Assembly: GCF_002854065.1 (NCBI RefSeq)
Contig: NZ_CP024147.1
DNA length: 64,000 nucleotides
Strand: one strand, 5' to 3'
Source: Escherichia coli
GTDB lineage: Bacteria > Pseudomonadota > Gammaproteobacteria > Enterobacterales > Enterobacteriaceae
Each line of letters starts with the position of its first letter. Position 1 is the first letter of the stretch. Positions 33,110-44,198 of the stretch are shown one piece after another. The notes under the pieces are model-generated. The model saw only the letters and a program-made list of their open reading frames with translations. It did no database searches and was not told the origin of the DNA. Made by a program: the position numbers and the translations under genes.

Positions 33110-36100
33110 ATGACAGAACAACAAAAATTGACCTTTACAGCCTTGCAGCAGCGGCTGGATTCGCTGATGCTGCGTGACAGACTGCGTTTTTCTCGCCGTC
33201 TGCACGGCGTGAAGAAGGTTAAAAATCCTGATGCACAACAGGCCATTTTCCAGGAGATGGCGAAAGAGATTGACCAGGCGGCAGGGAAAGTCCTGCTGCG
33301 TGAAGCGGCACGACCGGAAATTACTTATCCTGACAATTTGCCGGTTAGTCAGAAAAAACAGGACATTCTCGAAGCGATTCGTGATCACCAGGTGGTAATC
33401 GTCGCCGGGGAAACGGGTTCTGGTAAAACGACTCAGTTACCGAAAATCTGTATGGAGCTGGGGCGCGGGATTAAAGGGCTGATCGGCCATACCCAGCCGC
33501 GTCGCCTGGCGGCAAGAACGGTGGCGAACCGTATTGCGGAAGAGCTGAAAACGGAGCCGGGCGGTTGCATCGGTTACAAAGTGCGTTTCAGCGATCACGT
33601 AAGTGATAACACGATGGTCAAGCTGATGACCGACGGTATCCTGCTGGCGGAGATCCAGCAAGACCGCCTGCTGATGCAGTACGACACCATCATTATCGAT
33701 GAAGCGCACGAACGTAGCCTGAATATCGATTTTCTGCTCGGTTATTTGAAAGAGTTGCTGCCGCGGCGTCCTGACCTAAAAATCATTATCACTTCCGCGA
33801 CTATCGACCCGGAACGCTTTTCGCGCCACTTTAATAATGCGCCGATTATCGAAGTCTCCGGTCGGACCTATCCGGTGGAAGTGCGCTATCGCCCGATTGT
33901 TGAAGAAGCCGATGACACCGAGCGCGATCAGTTGCAGGCGATTTTTGACGCCGTAGACGAACTAAGCCAGGAAAGCCCCGGCGACATTCTGATCTTTATG
34001 AGCGGCGAGCGGGAAATTCGTGATACCGCCGATGCGCTGAACAAGCTGAACTTACGCCATACCGAAATCTTGCCGCTTTATGCGCGGCTTTCGAATAGCG
34101 AACAGAACCGCGTGTTCCAGTCGCACAGCGGGCGACGCATTGTGCTGGCGACCAACGTCGCGGAAACCTCGCTGACCGTACCGGGGATTAAATACGTTAT
34201 CGACCCCGGTACGGCGCGTATCAGCCGCTACAGCTATCGCACCAAAGTGCAGCGTTTGCCGATTGAGCCGATTTCCCAGGCGTCTGCCAATCAGCGTAAA
34301 GGCCGCTGTGGTCGTGTGTCCGAAGGGATCTGTATTCGTCTCTATTCCGAAGACGATTTCCTCTCGCGCCCGGAGTTTACCGATCCGGAGATTCTGCGTA
34401 CCAACCTGGCCTCGGTTATTTTGCAGATGACCGCGCTGGGGCTGGGCGATATCGCTGCGTTCCCGTTTGTCGAAGCACCGGATAAACGCAATATCCAGGA
34501 TGGCGTGCGTCTGCTCGAAGAACTGGGCGCGATCACCACGGATGAACAGGCCAGCGCCTATAAACTGACGCCGCTCGGTCGCCAGCTCTCGCAGTTGCCT
34601 GTCGACCCACGTCTGGCGCGTATGGTGCTGGAAGCGCAAAAACATGGCTGCGTGCGTGAGGCGATGATTATCACGTCTGCGCTCTCCATTCAGGATCCGC
34701 GCGAACGTCCGATGGACAAACAGCAGGCATCGGACGAAAAACATCGTCGCTTCCACGACAAAGAGTCTGACTTCCTCGCGTTTGTGAATCTGTGGAATTA
34801 TCTTGGCGAGCAGCAAAAGGCGCTTTCTTCCAACGCCTTCCGTCGCCTGTGTCGTACCGATTATCTCAACTATCTGCGCGTGCGCGAATGGCAGGATATC
34901 TACACCCAGTTGCGCCAGGTGGTGAAAGAACTCGGCATTCCGGTGAACAGCGAACCGGCGGAATATCGCGAAATTCACATTGCGTTGCTGACGGGTTTGC
35001 TTTCCCATATCGGCATGAAAGATGCCGATAAACAAGAATATACCGGCGCACGTAACGCGCGTTTCTCTATCTTCCCCGGTTCTGGTTTATTCAAAAAACC
35101 GCCGAAATGGGTAATGGTGGCGGAACTGGTAGAAACCAGCCGCCTGTGGGGGCGCATTGCTGCGCGTATCGACCCGGAATGGGTGGAGCCTGTCGCTCAG
35201 CATTTGATTAAACGTACCTACAGCGAACCGCACTGGGAACGGGCGCAGGGCGCGGTGATGGCAACGGAAAAAGTCACTGTTTATGGTTTGCCGATTGTTG
35301 CCGCGCGCAAGGTCAACTACAGCCAGATCGATCCGGCGTTATGCCGTGAACTCTTTATTCGCCATGCGCTGGTGGAAGGTGACTGGCAGACGCGTCACGC
35401 ATTCTTCCGTGAAAACCTGAAACTACGGGCGGAAGTAGAAGAGCTGGAACACAAATCACGTCGCCGCGATATTCTGGTTGATGACGAAACGCTGTTTGAG
35501 TTCTACGACCAGCGCATCAGCCACGATGTAATCTCCGCTCGTCACTTCGACAGCTGGTGGAAAAAAGTCAGCCGCGAAACGCCTGATTTGCTCAACTTTG
35601 AAAAGAGCATGTTGATCAAAGAAGGGGCGGAAAAAATCAGCAAGCTGGATTACCCGAACTTCTGGCATCAGGGCAATCTCAAGCTGCGTTTGAGCTATCA
35701 GTTTGAGCCCGGCGCGGATGCTGACGGTGTGACCGTACATATTCCGCTGCCGTTACTTAACCAGGTTGAGGAAAGCGGGTTTGAATGGCAGATCCCCGGT
35801 CTGCGCCGCGAACTGGTGATTGCTCTGATTAAATCGTTGCCGAAACCGGTACGCCGTAATTTTGTACCCGCGCCAAACTACGCCGAAGCGTTTTTAGGCC
35901 GCGTCACACCGCTGGAGTTACCGTTGCTTGACAGCCTTGAGCGCGAGTTACGGCGGATGACCGGCGTTACCGTTGACCGCGAAGACTGGCACTGGGATCA
36001 GGTGCCCGATCACCTGAAAATCACCTTCCGCGTGGTGGATGACAAAAACAAGAAGCTAAAAGAAGGGCGCTCGCTACAAGATCTGAAAGATGCGCTGAAA

Positions 36101-37012
36101 GGCAAAGTGCAGGAAACGCTGTCTGCGGTGGCGGATGACGGTATCGAGCAGAGCGGCTTACATATCTGGAGTTTTGGTCAGTTGCCGGAAAGCTACGAAC
36201 AGAAGCGTGGTAACTACAAAGTGAAGGCGTGGCCGGCGCTGGTGGATGAGCGCGACAGTGTGGCGATCAAACTGTTTGATAACCCGCTGGAGCAAAAACA
36301 GGCAATGTGGAACGGTCTTCGCCGTCTACTGCTGCTGAATATTCCCTCGCCGATCAAGTATTTACATGAGAAGTTACCAAACAAAGCCAAGCTTGGACTG
36401 TACTTTAACCCGTATGGCAAAGTGCTGGAGCTGATCGACGACTGTATCTCCTGCGGTGTGGATAAATTGATCGACGCCAATGGTGGCCCGGTCTGGACGG
36501 AAGAAGGCTTTGCTGCGCTGCATGAAAAAGTGCGTGCCGAACTGAACGACACGGTGGTGGATATTGCGAAGCAGGTCGAGCAAATCCTTACGGCAGTGTT
36601 CAATATCAACAAGCGTCTGAAAGGGCGGGTGGATATGACCATGGCGCTGGGGCTTTCTGACATTAAAGCGCAGATGGGCGGGTTGGTATATCGCGGTTTT
36701 GTCACTGGTAACGGCTTCAAACGGCTGGGCGACACGCTGCGTTATTTGCAGGCGATTGAAAAACGGCTGGAAAAACTGGCGGTTGATCCACATCGCGATC
36801 GTGCACAGATGCTGAAAGTCGAAAACGTCCAGCAGGCGTGGCAGCAATGGATCAACAAACTGCCGCCTGCACGTCGTGAGGATGAAGACGTGAAAGAGAT
36901 CCGTTGGATGATAGAAGAGCTGCGCGTTAGTTACTTCGCTCAACAACTTGGTACGCCTTATCCGATTTCAGATAAGCGTATTTTGCAGGCGATGGAGCAG
37001 ATTAGCGGTTAA
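33110..37012 (+). CDS. hrpA: ATP-dependent RNA helicase HrpA (DEAH-box)
   Basis: 1300-aa ORF with GETGSGKTTQ Walker A and DEAH motif (IIDEAHERS). Confidence 0.93.
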   Translation: MTEQQKLTFTALQQRLDSLMLRDRLRFSRRLHGVKKVKNPDAQQAIFQEMAKEIDQAAGKVLLREAARPEITYPDNLPVSQKKQDILEAIRDHQVVIVAGETGSGKTTQLPKICMELGRGIKGLIGHTQPRRLAARTVANRIAEELKTEPGGCIGYKVRFSDHVSDNTMVKLMTDGILLAEIQQDRLLMQYDTIIIDEAHERSLNIDFLLGYLKELLPRRPDLKIIITSATIDPERFSRHFNNAPIIEVSGRTYPVEVRYRPIVEEADDTERDQLQAIFDAVDELSQESPGDILIFMSGEREIRDTADALNKLNLRHTEILPLYARLSNSEQNRVFQSHSGRRIVLATNVAETSLTVPGIKYVIDPGTARISRYSYRTKVQRLPIEPISQASANQRKGRCGRVSEGICIRLYSEDDFLSRPEFTDPEILRTNLASVILQMTALGLGDIAAFPFVEAPDKRNIQDGVRLLEELGAITTDEQASAYKLTPLGRQLSQLPVDPRLARMVLEAQKHGCVREAMIITSALSIQDPRERPMDKQQASDEKHRRFHDKESDFLAFVNLWNYLGEQQKALSSNAFRRLCRTDYLNYLRVREWQDIYTQLRQVVKELGIPVNSEPAEYREIHIALLTGLLSHIGMKDADKQEYTGARNARFSIFPGSGLFKKPPKWVMVAELVETSRLWGRIAARIDPEWVEPVAQHLIKRTYSEPHWERAQGAVMATEKVTVYGLPIVAARKVNYSQIDPALCRELFIRHALVEGDWQTRHAFFRENLKLRAEVEELEHKSRRRDILVDDETLFEFYDQRISHDVISARHFDSWWKKVSRETPDLLNFEKSMLIKEGAEKISKLDYPNFWHQGNLKLRLSYQFEPGADADGVTVHIPLPLLNQVEESGFEWQIPGLRRELVIALIKSLPKPVRRNFVPAPNYAEAFLGRVTPLELPLLDSLERELRRMTGVTVDREDWHWDQVPDHLKITFRVVDDKNKKLKEGRSLQDLKDALKGKVQETLSAVADDGIEQSGLHIWSFGQLPESYEQKRGNYKVKAWPALVDERDSVAIKLFDNPLEQKQAMWNGLRRLLLLNIPSPIKYLHEKLPNKAKLGLYFNPYGKVLELIDDCISCGVDKLIDANGGPVWTEEGFAALHEKVRAELNDTVVDIAKQVEQILTAVFNINKRLKGRVDMTMALGLSDIKAQMGGLVYRGFVTGNGFKRLGDTLRYLQAIEKRLEKLAVDPHRDRAQMLKVENVQQAWQQWINKLPPARREDEDVKEIRWMIEELRVSYFAQQLGTPYPISDKRILQAMEQISG

Positions 37013-37036
37013 CCCTGCTATTTGCCTGATAAATCT

Positions 37037-37069
37037 AAAACCCGGTAAGCATTTAGCGCCGGGTTTTTT
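37037..37069 (+). terminator. Rho-independent terminator downstream of hrpA
   Basis: AAAACCCGG...CCGGGTTTT hairpin followed by a T-run. Confidence 0.7.
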
Positions 37070-37283
37070 ATTAATTCTAAAACGGTAAGGGCAAAAATTC
37101 AGGAATTCAGAAAAATACAATTCTCTGCTGCAAGATGAATAATGTTTATCTACAGCATTTCCTTAAAAGATATGTCAGGCTTGCGGAGTGGCGGTTAAGG
37201 AAATACGACTTCCTCCTTTCAGAGTGCTCCGCTTCTCACTATTATCTCACGCAGTATTCTTAAGGGAACGATAAGGAGGAACC

Positions 37284-38084
37284 ATGAACATTACCCCGTT
37301 TCCGACGCTTTCGACGGCAACTATAGATGCCATAAATGTTATCGGACAGTGGCTGGCGCAGGATGATTTCTCCGGTGAGGTGCCGTATCAGGCTGATTGC
37401 GTCATACTTGCAGGAAATGCGGTTATGCCGACTATCGATGCGGCATGTAATATTGCTCGCGATCAGCAAATTCCTTTACTGATTAGTGGTGGTATCGGTC
37501 ACTCGACAACTTTTTTGTATAGCGCCATCGCACAGCATCCGCACTACAACACTATCCGCACCACTGGCAGAGCAGAAGCGACCATCCTGGCGGATATCGC
37601 TCATCAGTTCTGGCATATTCCGCATGAAAAAATCTGGATTGAAGACCAGTCAACAAACTGCGGTGAAAACGCACGCTTTAGCATCGCGCTATTGAATCAG
37701 GCCGTAGAACGAGTTCATACGGCTATCGTTGTACAGGACCCCACCATGCAGCGGCGCACGATGGCAACGTTCCGCCGTATGACCGGGGACAATCCCGATG
37801 CACCCCGCTGGTTGAGTTATCCCGGATTCGTTCCTCAGTTAGGAAAGAACGCAGACAGTGTAATCTTTATTAATCAGTTACAAGGATTATGGCCGGTTGA
37901 GCGTTATCTCTCACTACTCACTGGCGAGCTGCCGCGTTTACGCGATGATAGCGATGGCTACGGTCCCCGCGGGCGAGATTTTATCGTTCACGTTGATTTT
38001 CCGGCAGAAGTCATTCAGGCATGGCAAACGCTGAAACACGATGCGGTGCTCATCGAGGCGATGGAAAGTCGCTCGTTACGTTAA
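37284..38084 (+). CDS. ydcF: DUF218-domain protein YdcF
   Basis: 266-aa ORF; recognised as YdcF. Confidence 0.82.
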   Translation: MNITPFPTLSTATIDAINVIGQWLAQDDFSGEVPYQADCVILAGNAVMPTIDAACNIARDQQIPLLISGGIGHSTTFLYSAIAQHPHYNTIRTTGRAEATILADIAHQFWHIPHEKIWIEDQSTNCGENARFSIALLNQAVERVHTAIVVQDPTMQRRTMATFRRMTGDNPDAPRWLSYPGFVPQLGKNADSVIFINQLQGLWPVERYLSLLTGELPRLRDDSDGYGPRGRDFIVHVDFPAEVIQAWQTLKHDAVLIEAMESRSLR

Positions 38085-38280
38085 AAATTGCCCGTTTGTG
38101 AACCACTTGTTTGCAAACGGGCATGACTCCTGACTTTTATTTCTGCCTTTTATTCCTTTTACACTTGTTTTTATGAAGCCCTTCACAGAATTGTCTTTTC
38201 ACGATGCCGTCTCTATGATGATTGATGTTAATTAACAATGTATTTACCAAAAACAAACATATAAATCACAGGAGTCGCCC

Positions 38281-39720
38281 ATGTCAGTACCCGTTCAACA
38301 TCCTATGTATATTGATGGACAGTTTGTTACCTGGCGTGGAGACGCATGGATTGATGTGGTAAACCCTGCTACAGAGGCTGTCATTTCCCGCATTCCCGAT
38401 GGTCAGGCCGAGGATGCCCGTAAGGCAATCGATGCAGCAGAACGTGCACAACCTGAATGGGAAGCGTTGCCTGCCATTGAACGCGCCAGTTGGTTGCGCA
38501 AAATCTCCGCCGGGATCCGCGAATGCGCCAGTGAAATCAGTGCGCTGATTGTTGAAGAAGGGGGCAAGATCCAGCAGCTGGCTGAAGTCGAAGTGGCTTT
38601 TACTGCGGACTATATCGATTACATGGCTGAGTGGGCACGGCGTTATGAAGGCGAGATTATTCAAAGCGATCGTCCAGGAGAAAATATTCTACTATTTAAA
38701 CGTGCACTTGGCGTGACTACCGGCATTCTGCCGTGGAACTTCCCGTTCTTCCTCATTGCCCGCAAAATGGCTCCCGCTCTTTTGACCGGTAATACCATCG
38801 TCATTAAACCCAGTGAATTTACGCCAAACAATGCGATTGCATTCGCCAAAATCGTCGATGAAATAGGCCTTCCGCGCGGCGTGTTTAACCTTGTTCTGGG
38901 GCGTGGTGAAACCGTTGGGCAAGAACTGGCGGGTAACCCAAAGGTCGCAATGGTCAGTATGACAGGCAGCGTCTCTGCAGGTGAGAAGATCATGGCGACT
39001 GCGGCGAAAAACATCACCAAAGTGTGCCTGGAACTGGGGGGTAAAGCACCAGCTATCGTAATGGACGATGCCGATCTTGAACTGGCAGTCAAAGCCATCG
39101 TTGATTCACGCGTCATTAATAGTGGGCAAGTGTGTAACTGTGCAGAACGTGTTTATGTACAGAAAGGCATTTATGATCAGTTCGTCAATCGGCTGGGTGA
39201 AGCGATGCAGGCGGTTCAATTTGGTAACCCCGCTGAACGCAACGACATTGCGATGGGGCCGTTGATTAACGCCGCGGCGCTGGAAAGGGTCGAGCAAAAA
39301 GTGGCGCGCGCAGTAGAAGAAGGGGCGAGAGTGGCGTTGGGTGGCAAAGCGGTAGAGGGGAAAGGATATTATTATCCGCCGACATTGCTGCTGGATGTTC
39401 GCCAGGAAATGTCGATTATGCATGAGGAAACCTTTGGCCCGATGCTGCCGGTGGTCGCATTTGACACGCTGGAAGATGCTATCTCAATGGCTAATGACAG
39501 TGATTACGGCCTGACCTCATCAATCTATACCCAAAATCTGAACGTCGCGATGAAAGCCATTAAAGGGCTGAAGTTTGGTGAAACTTACATCAACCGTGAA
39601 AACTTCGAAGCTATGCAAGGCTTCCACGCCGGATGGCGTAAATCCGGTATTGGCGGCGCAGATGGTAAACATGGCCTGCATGAATATCTGCAGACCCAGG
39701 TGGTTTATTTACAGTCTTAA
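38281..39720 (+). CDS. aldA: Lactaldehyde dehydrogenase (NAD-dependent aldehyde dehydrogenase A)
   Basis: 479-aa ORF with ALDH catalytic Cys and Glu motifs (GQVCNCAERV, LELGGKAP). Confidence 0.93.
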   Translation: MSVPVQHPMYIDGQFVTWRGDAWIDVVNPATEAVISRIPDGQAEDARKAIDAAERAQPEWEALPAIERASWLRKISAGIRECASEISALIVEEGGKIQQLAEVEVAFTADYIDYMAEWARRYEGEIIQSDRPGENILLFKRALGVTTGILPWNFPFFLIARKMAPALLTGNTIVIKPSEFTPNNAIAFAKIVDEIGLPRGVFNLVLGRGETVGQELAGNPKVAMVSMTGSVSAGEKIMATAAKNITKVCLELGGKAPAIVMDDADLELAVKAIVDSRVINSGQVCNCAERVYVQKGIYDQFVNRLGEAMQAVQFGNPAERNDIAMGPLINAAALERVEQKVARAVEEGARVALGGKAVEGKGYYYPPTLLLDVRQEMSIMHEETFGPMLPVVAFDTLEDAISMANDSDYGLTSSIYTQNLNVAMKAIKGLKFGETYINRENFEAMQGFHAGWRKSGIGGADGKHGLHEYLQTQVVYLQS

Positions 39721-39726
39721 TGAGTG

Positions 39727-39756
39727 AAAGAGGCGGAGGTTTTTTCCCTCCGCCTG
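39727..39756. terminator. Hairpin between the convergent aldA and gapC (possible bidirectional terminator)
   Basis: AGGCGGAGG-ttttttc-CCTCCGCCT perfect 9-bp stem; the U-tract context is atypical, so function is uncertain. Confidence 0.4.
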
Positions 39757-39762
39757 TGCGCG

Positions 39763-40764
39763 TCAGAGTTTAGCGAATTTTTCGAGGGTGCGAATAAGCT
39801 GCGTGACGAAGCCATATTCGTTATCGTACCAGGCGACCGTTTTCACCAGTTGTAAATCGCCCACGGCGGTAATTTCCGTTTGCGTGGCATCAAACACTGA
39901 ACCGAAATGGCTGCCAATGATATCGGAAGAGACTATTTCTTCATCGGTATAACCAAATGACTCGTTATTGGTGGTTGCTTGTTTAAGTGCGTTATTCACC
40001 TCTTCGGCAGTCACTTTTTTTCCGAGAATGGACACCAGCTCAGTGACCGAACCTGTTTTCACCGGTACGCGTTGCGCATGACCTTTCAGTTTGCCGCTCA
40101 GTTCCGGTATCACCAGACCAATGGCTTTTGCCGCCCCCGTAGTGTGGGGAATGATATTTTCTGCCGCGGCGCGTGAAGCACGTAAATCTTTACCACGCGG
40201 GCCATCCACCAGTGACTGGGTGCCAGTATAGGCATGAATGGTCGTCATCGTGCCGACTTCTATCCCGAAACTGTCATGCAAGGCTTTGGCCATCGGCGCA
40301 AGACAGTTAGTAGTGCATGATGCCACGGAAACAATGGTGTCGTTGCCATCCAGAGTGTCGTCATTGACGTTATAAACGATAGTTTTCATTTCACCGGCAG
40401 GGGCGGAAATCAACACCTTCTTCGCGCCAGCATCAAGATGCGCCTGCGATTTCTCGGCGGAGGTATAAAAGCCAGTACATTCGACAATGATTTCTGTACC
40501 TTTCGCTTTCCACGGAATATTTTTAGCCTCTTTTTCGGCGTAAACCGCGATACTTTTCCCATTAACGATAAGTGAATCTTCCGTAAAATCAACGCTCCAG
40601 GGGAACGGTCCGTAGTTTGAATCATGTTTCAGCAGGTAGGCGAGAATTTTTGGAGAAGTGAGATCATTAATAGCGACAACGTCTATGTTGCTTTTGACTT
40701 CAAGTAATCGACGCAACACCAGTCGACCGATACGACCAAAACCGTTAATACCAACTTTACTCAT
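39763..40764 (-). CDS. gapC: Glyceraldehyde-3-phosphate dehydrogenase GapC, intact reading frame
   Basis: 333-aa uninterrupted ORF with NAD-binding NGFGRIGR and catalytic [10 protein letters not shown] motifs. Confidence 0.85.
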   Translation of the reverse strand: MSKVGINGFGRIGRLVLRRLLEVKSNIDVVAINDLTSPKILAYLLKHDSNYGPFPWSVDFTEDSLIVNGKSIAVYAEKEAKNIPWKAKGTEIIVECTGFYTSAEKSQAHLDAGAKKVLISAPAGEMKTIVYNVNDDTLDGNDTIVSVASCTTNCLAPMAKALHDSFGIEVGTMTTIHAYTGTQSLVDGPRGKDLRASRAAAENIIPHTTGAAKAIGLVIPELSGKLKGHAQRVPVKTGSVTELVSILGKKVTAEEVNNALKQATTNNESFGYTDEEIVSSDIIGSHFGSVFDATQTEITAVGDLQLVKTVAWYDNEYGFVTQLIRTLEKFAKL

Positions 40765-40952
40765 GGTTTTCTCCTGTCAGGAACGTTCGGATGAAAATTG
40801 ATCCTTTCCAGGCTTAGACCAGGATGGCGGGATGGGCAATCTCCATTCTTACAGTGAAACGTAACGTACTGAAAACGGGTGAACAATATTTAATGAAATT
40901 TTGAGAAAAGCCCGTTATGTTAACGGAAAATTATGTTAAAGCAGGAAATGTT

Positions 40953-41483
40953 ATGAAAAATAAATACTCAAGGTTACAAATCAGCATTCACTGGCTGGTC
41001 TTTTTGCTGGTTATCGCAGCGTATTGCGCAATGGAGTTTCGGGGTTTCTTCCCACGTAGCGATCGGCCGCTCATCAACATGATTCATGTTTCCTGTGGCA
41101 TCTCAATTCTCGTGCTGATGGTGGTTCGTCTTTTGTTAAGACTGAAATACCCAACCCCGCCGATTATACCTAAGCCGAAACCGATGATGACGGGACTGGC
41201 GCATTTGGGACATTTGGTGATTTATCTCCTGTTTTTTGCGCTGCCAGTGATTGGTTTGGTGATGATGTATAACCGGGGCAACCCGTGGTTTGCGTTTGGT
41301 TTGACGATGCCTTACGCTTCAGAGGCCAATTTCGAACGGGTAGATAGCTTAAAGTCGTGGCATGAAACGCTGGCGAATCTGGGATATTTTGTCATCGGTT
41401 TGCACGCTGCGGCTGCACTGGCACACCACTATTTCTGGAAGGACAACACACTTCTACGCATGATGCCGCGTAAACGTTCCTGA
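40953..41483 (+). CDS. cybB: Cytochrome b561
   Basis: 176 aa from MKNKYSRLQISIHWLVFLLV..., four-TM haem-binding protein. The ORF-track start at 40917 is a 12-codon extension. Confidence 0.85.
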   Translation: MKNKYSRLQISIHWLVFLLVIAAYCAMEFRGFFPRSDRPLINMIHVSCGISILVLMVVRLLLRLKYPTPPIIPKPKPMMTGLAHLGHLVIYLLFFALPVIGLVMMYNRGNPWFAFGLTMPYASEANFERVDSLKSWHETLANLGYFVIGLHAAAALAHHYFWKDNTLLRMMPRKRS

Positions 41484-41492
41484 AGGATATTT

Positions 41493-41557
41493 AAAGAAAA
41501 CGCCTGTACTAAAACCGACCCGTGGTACAGGCGAAGAATACGGGTCTACATCGGAAG
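41493..41557 (-). ncRNA. rydC: RydC small RNA (Hfq-binding)
   Basis: Minus strand reads CTTCCGATGTAGACCCGTATTCTTCGCCTGTACCACGGGTCGGTTTTAGTACAGGCGTTTTCTTT, recalled as RydC with its pseudoknot-forming repeats; lies between cybB and ydcA. Confidence 0.75.
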
Positions 41558-41727
41558 CGCCTATTATATTTATTTGTATGACAAATAAAACCATAATCCT
41601 TGCCCATACGTCCATCTGGCTTATTTTTAATCAATTCACCCGATCTTTGATCTCATCAACGGTATCAAAATAAACCAGCGTATAACGTTCAAATCGAACA
41701 TAAGATTCGATAAACCATGGAGGTTAT

Positions 41728-41901
41728 ATGAAAAAACTGGCACTTATTTTGTTTATGGGAACGCTTGTTTCCTTTTATGCCGATGCTGGGCGCAAACCCT
41801 GTTCTGGTTCGAAAGGGGGGATCTCACACTGTACGGCAGGCGGCAAATTTGTCTGTAATGATGGTTCTATTAGTGCCTCGAAAAAAACATGCACTAACTG
41901 A
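41728..41901 (+). CDS. ydcA: Small secreted protein YdcA
   Basis: 57-aa ORF MKKLALILFMGTLVSFYADAGRKPCSGSKGG... with signal peptide, preceded by GGAGG. Below the ORF-track cutoff. Confidence 0.75.
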   Translation: MKKLALILFMGTLVSFYADAGRKPCSGSKGGISHCTAGGKFVCNDGSISASKKTCTN

Positions 41902-41972
41902 AGTGTAAAAGGGGTGCCATGAGAAAATGAATCTGCTAGTCAGATGCGCGGGGAAAATCCCCGCGCTTGCCC

Positions 41973-42122
<150 letters not shown>

Positions 42123-42520
42123 AGCCTTTCTCCTTGCCGGATGGCGGGTAAGAGGCTAACATCTGAATTGCTTGGTTCATTCGTTGGCCTCGGTTGATAG
42201 AAATATCGGTCGGGGCCTTCGTCTTTCTGATTCCCGGTTAGCCTGAAAACAGAAAGTCTCAGGCACCCGTGAGCATCCTATGTGGTTTCCTTAGGGACGA
42301 AAATAATCACCTGACGAAATTGCGTGCTGTTTTCCAGAATTTTTCGTCATTCGGGTTAGCCAGTTTAACCATTCGTTACTCTCTTCATTCCAATGGCATT
42401 AATCTTCTCTGCAATAATTGTTGTAAAAATGTGACGCAAAGAGGCTTTTAGTCGTAAGTAATTACCGTCAAATGCCGATGACTATCTATCAGGAGTAAAC
42501 CTGGACGAGAGACAACGGTA

Positions 42521-44161
42521 ATGAATACAACTCCCTCACAGCGATTAGGTTTTTTGCATCACATCAGGTTGGTTCCGTTATTTGCCTGCATTCTAGGCGG
42601 TATCTTAGTTCTATTCGCATTAAGTTCAGCCCTGGCTGGCTATTTCCTCTGGCAGGCCGATCGCGATCAGCGTGATGTTACTGCGGAGATTGAGATTCGG
42701 ACCGGGTTAGCGAACAGTTCAGATTTTTTGCGTTCAGCCCGGATCAATATGATTCAGGCCGGGGCTGCGAGTCGTATTGCGGAAATGGAAGCAATGAAGC
42801 GAAATATTGCGCAAGCCGAATCGGAGATTAAACAGTCGCAGCAAGGTTATCGTGCTTATCAGAATCGGCCGGTGAAAACACCTGCTGATGAAGCCCTCGA
42901 CACTGAATTAAATCAACGCTTTCAGGCTTATATCACGGGTATGCAACCTATGTTGAAATATGCCAAAAATGGTATGTTTGAAGCAATTATCAATCATGAA
43001 AGTGAGCAGATCCGAACGCTGGATAATGCTTATACCGATATTTTGAACAAAGCCGTTAAGATACGTAGCATCAGAGCCAACCAACTGGCGGAACTGGCCC
43101 ATCAGCGCACCCGCGTGGGTGGGATGTTCATGATTGGCGCGTTTGTGCTTGCCCTGGTCATGACGCTGATAACATTTATGGTGCTACGACAGATCGTCAT
43201 TCGTCCACTGCAACATGCCGCACAACGGATTGAAAAAATCGCCAGTGGCGATCTGACGATGAATGATGAACCGGCGGGTCGTAATGAAATCGGTCGCTTA
43301 AGTCGTCATTTACAGCAAATGCAGCATTCACTGGGGATGACAGTAGGGACTGTTCGACAGGGCGCGGAAGAGATTTATCGTGGCACCAGCGAAATTTCCG
43401 CTGGCAATGCGGACCTTTCATCTCGCACCGAAGAACAAGCGGCGGCAATTGAACAAACTGCCGCCAGCATGGAGCAACTCACTGCGACGGTGAAACAGAA
43501 TGCGGATAACGCGCATTATGCCAGTAAACTGGCGCAAGAGGCTTCTATTAAAGCCAGCGATGGTGGGCAGACGGTTTCCGGTGTAGTAAAAACGATGGGC
43601 GCTATCTCCACGAGTTCGAAGAAAATTTCTGAGATCACCGCCGTCATCAACAGTATTGCTTTCCAGACGAATATTCTGGCACTGAATGCTGCCGTTGAAG
43701 CTGCGCGAGCGGGTGAGCAAGGGCGTGGATTTGCCGTTGTCGCCAGCGAAGTACGGACACTCGCAAGCCGCAGCGCTCAGGCGGCGAAAGAGATTGAAGG
43801 CTTGATCAGTGAATCAGTCAGGTTAATTGACCTGGGGTCGGATGAGGTGGCAACGGCAGGGAAAACCATGAGCACTATTGTTGATGCCGTCGCGAGTGTC
43901 ACACATATCATGCAGGAAATCGCCGCTGCCTCGGATGAACAAAGTAGAGGCATAACTCAGGTTAGCCAGGCGATTTCTGAAATGGATAAGGTGACGCAAC
44001 AGAATGCTTCTCTGGTAGAAGAGGCCTCAGCAGCGGCGGTGTCCCTTGAAGAACAGGCGGCACGATTAACTGAGGCGGTGGACGTATTCCGTCTGAACAA
44101 ACATTCTGTGTCGGCAGAACCTCGCGGAGCGGGTGAACAAGTTAGTTTCGCTACGGTGTGA
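42521..44161 (+). CDS. trg: Methyl-accepting chemotaxis protein III (ribose/galactose sensor)
   Basis: 546-aa ORF with two TM segments, HAMP domain and conserved MCP signalling domain. Confidence 0.92.
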   Translation: MNTTPSQRLGFLHHIRLVPLFACILGGILVLFALSSALAGYFLWQADRDQRDVTAEIEIRTGLANSSDFLRSARINMIQAGAASRIAEMEAMKRNIAQAESEIKQSQQGYRAYQNRPVKTPADEALDTELNQRFQAYITGMQPMLKYAKNGMFEAIINHESEQIRTLDNAYTDILNKAVKIRSIRANQLAELAHQRTRVGGMFMIGAFVLALVMTLITFMVLRQIVIRPLQHAAQRIEKIASGDLTMNDEPAGRNEIGRLSRHLQQMQHSLGMTVGTVRQGAEEIYRGTSEISAGNADLSSRTEEQAAAIEQTAASMEQLTATVKQNADNAHYASKLAQEASIKASDGGQTVSGVVKTMGAISTSSKKISEITAVINSIAFQTNILALNAAVEAARAGEQGRGFAVVASEVRTLASRSAQAAKEIEGLISESVRLIDLGSDEVATAGKTMSTIVDAVASVTHIMQEIAAASDEQSRGITQVSQAISEMDKVTQQNASLVEEASAAAVSLEEQAARLTEAVDVFRLNKHSVSAEPRGAGEQVSFATV

Positions 44162-44198
44162 AAATGTTCAAGGAGGGATCGACAGATCCCTTCACCTT

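Noticed and set aside
34052-35035. 327-aa ORF on the minus strand
   Set aside because: Entirely antisense to the well-supported hrpA coding region; probably a chance open frame in GC-rich coding DNA.
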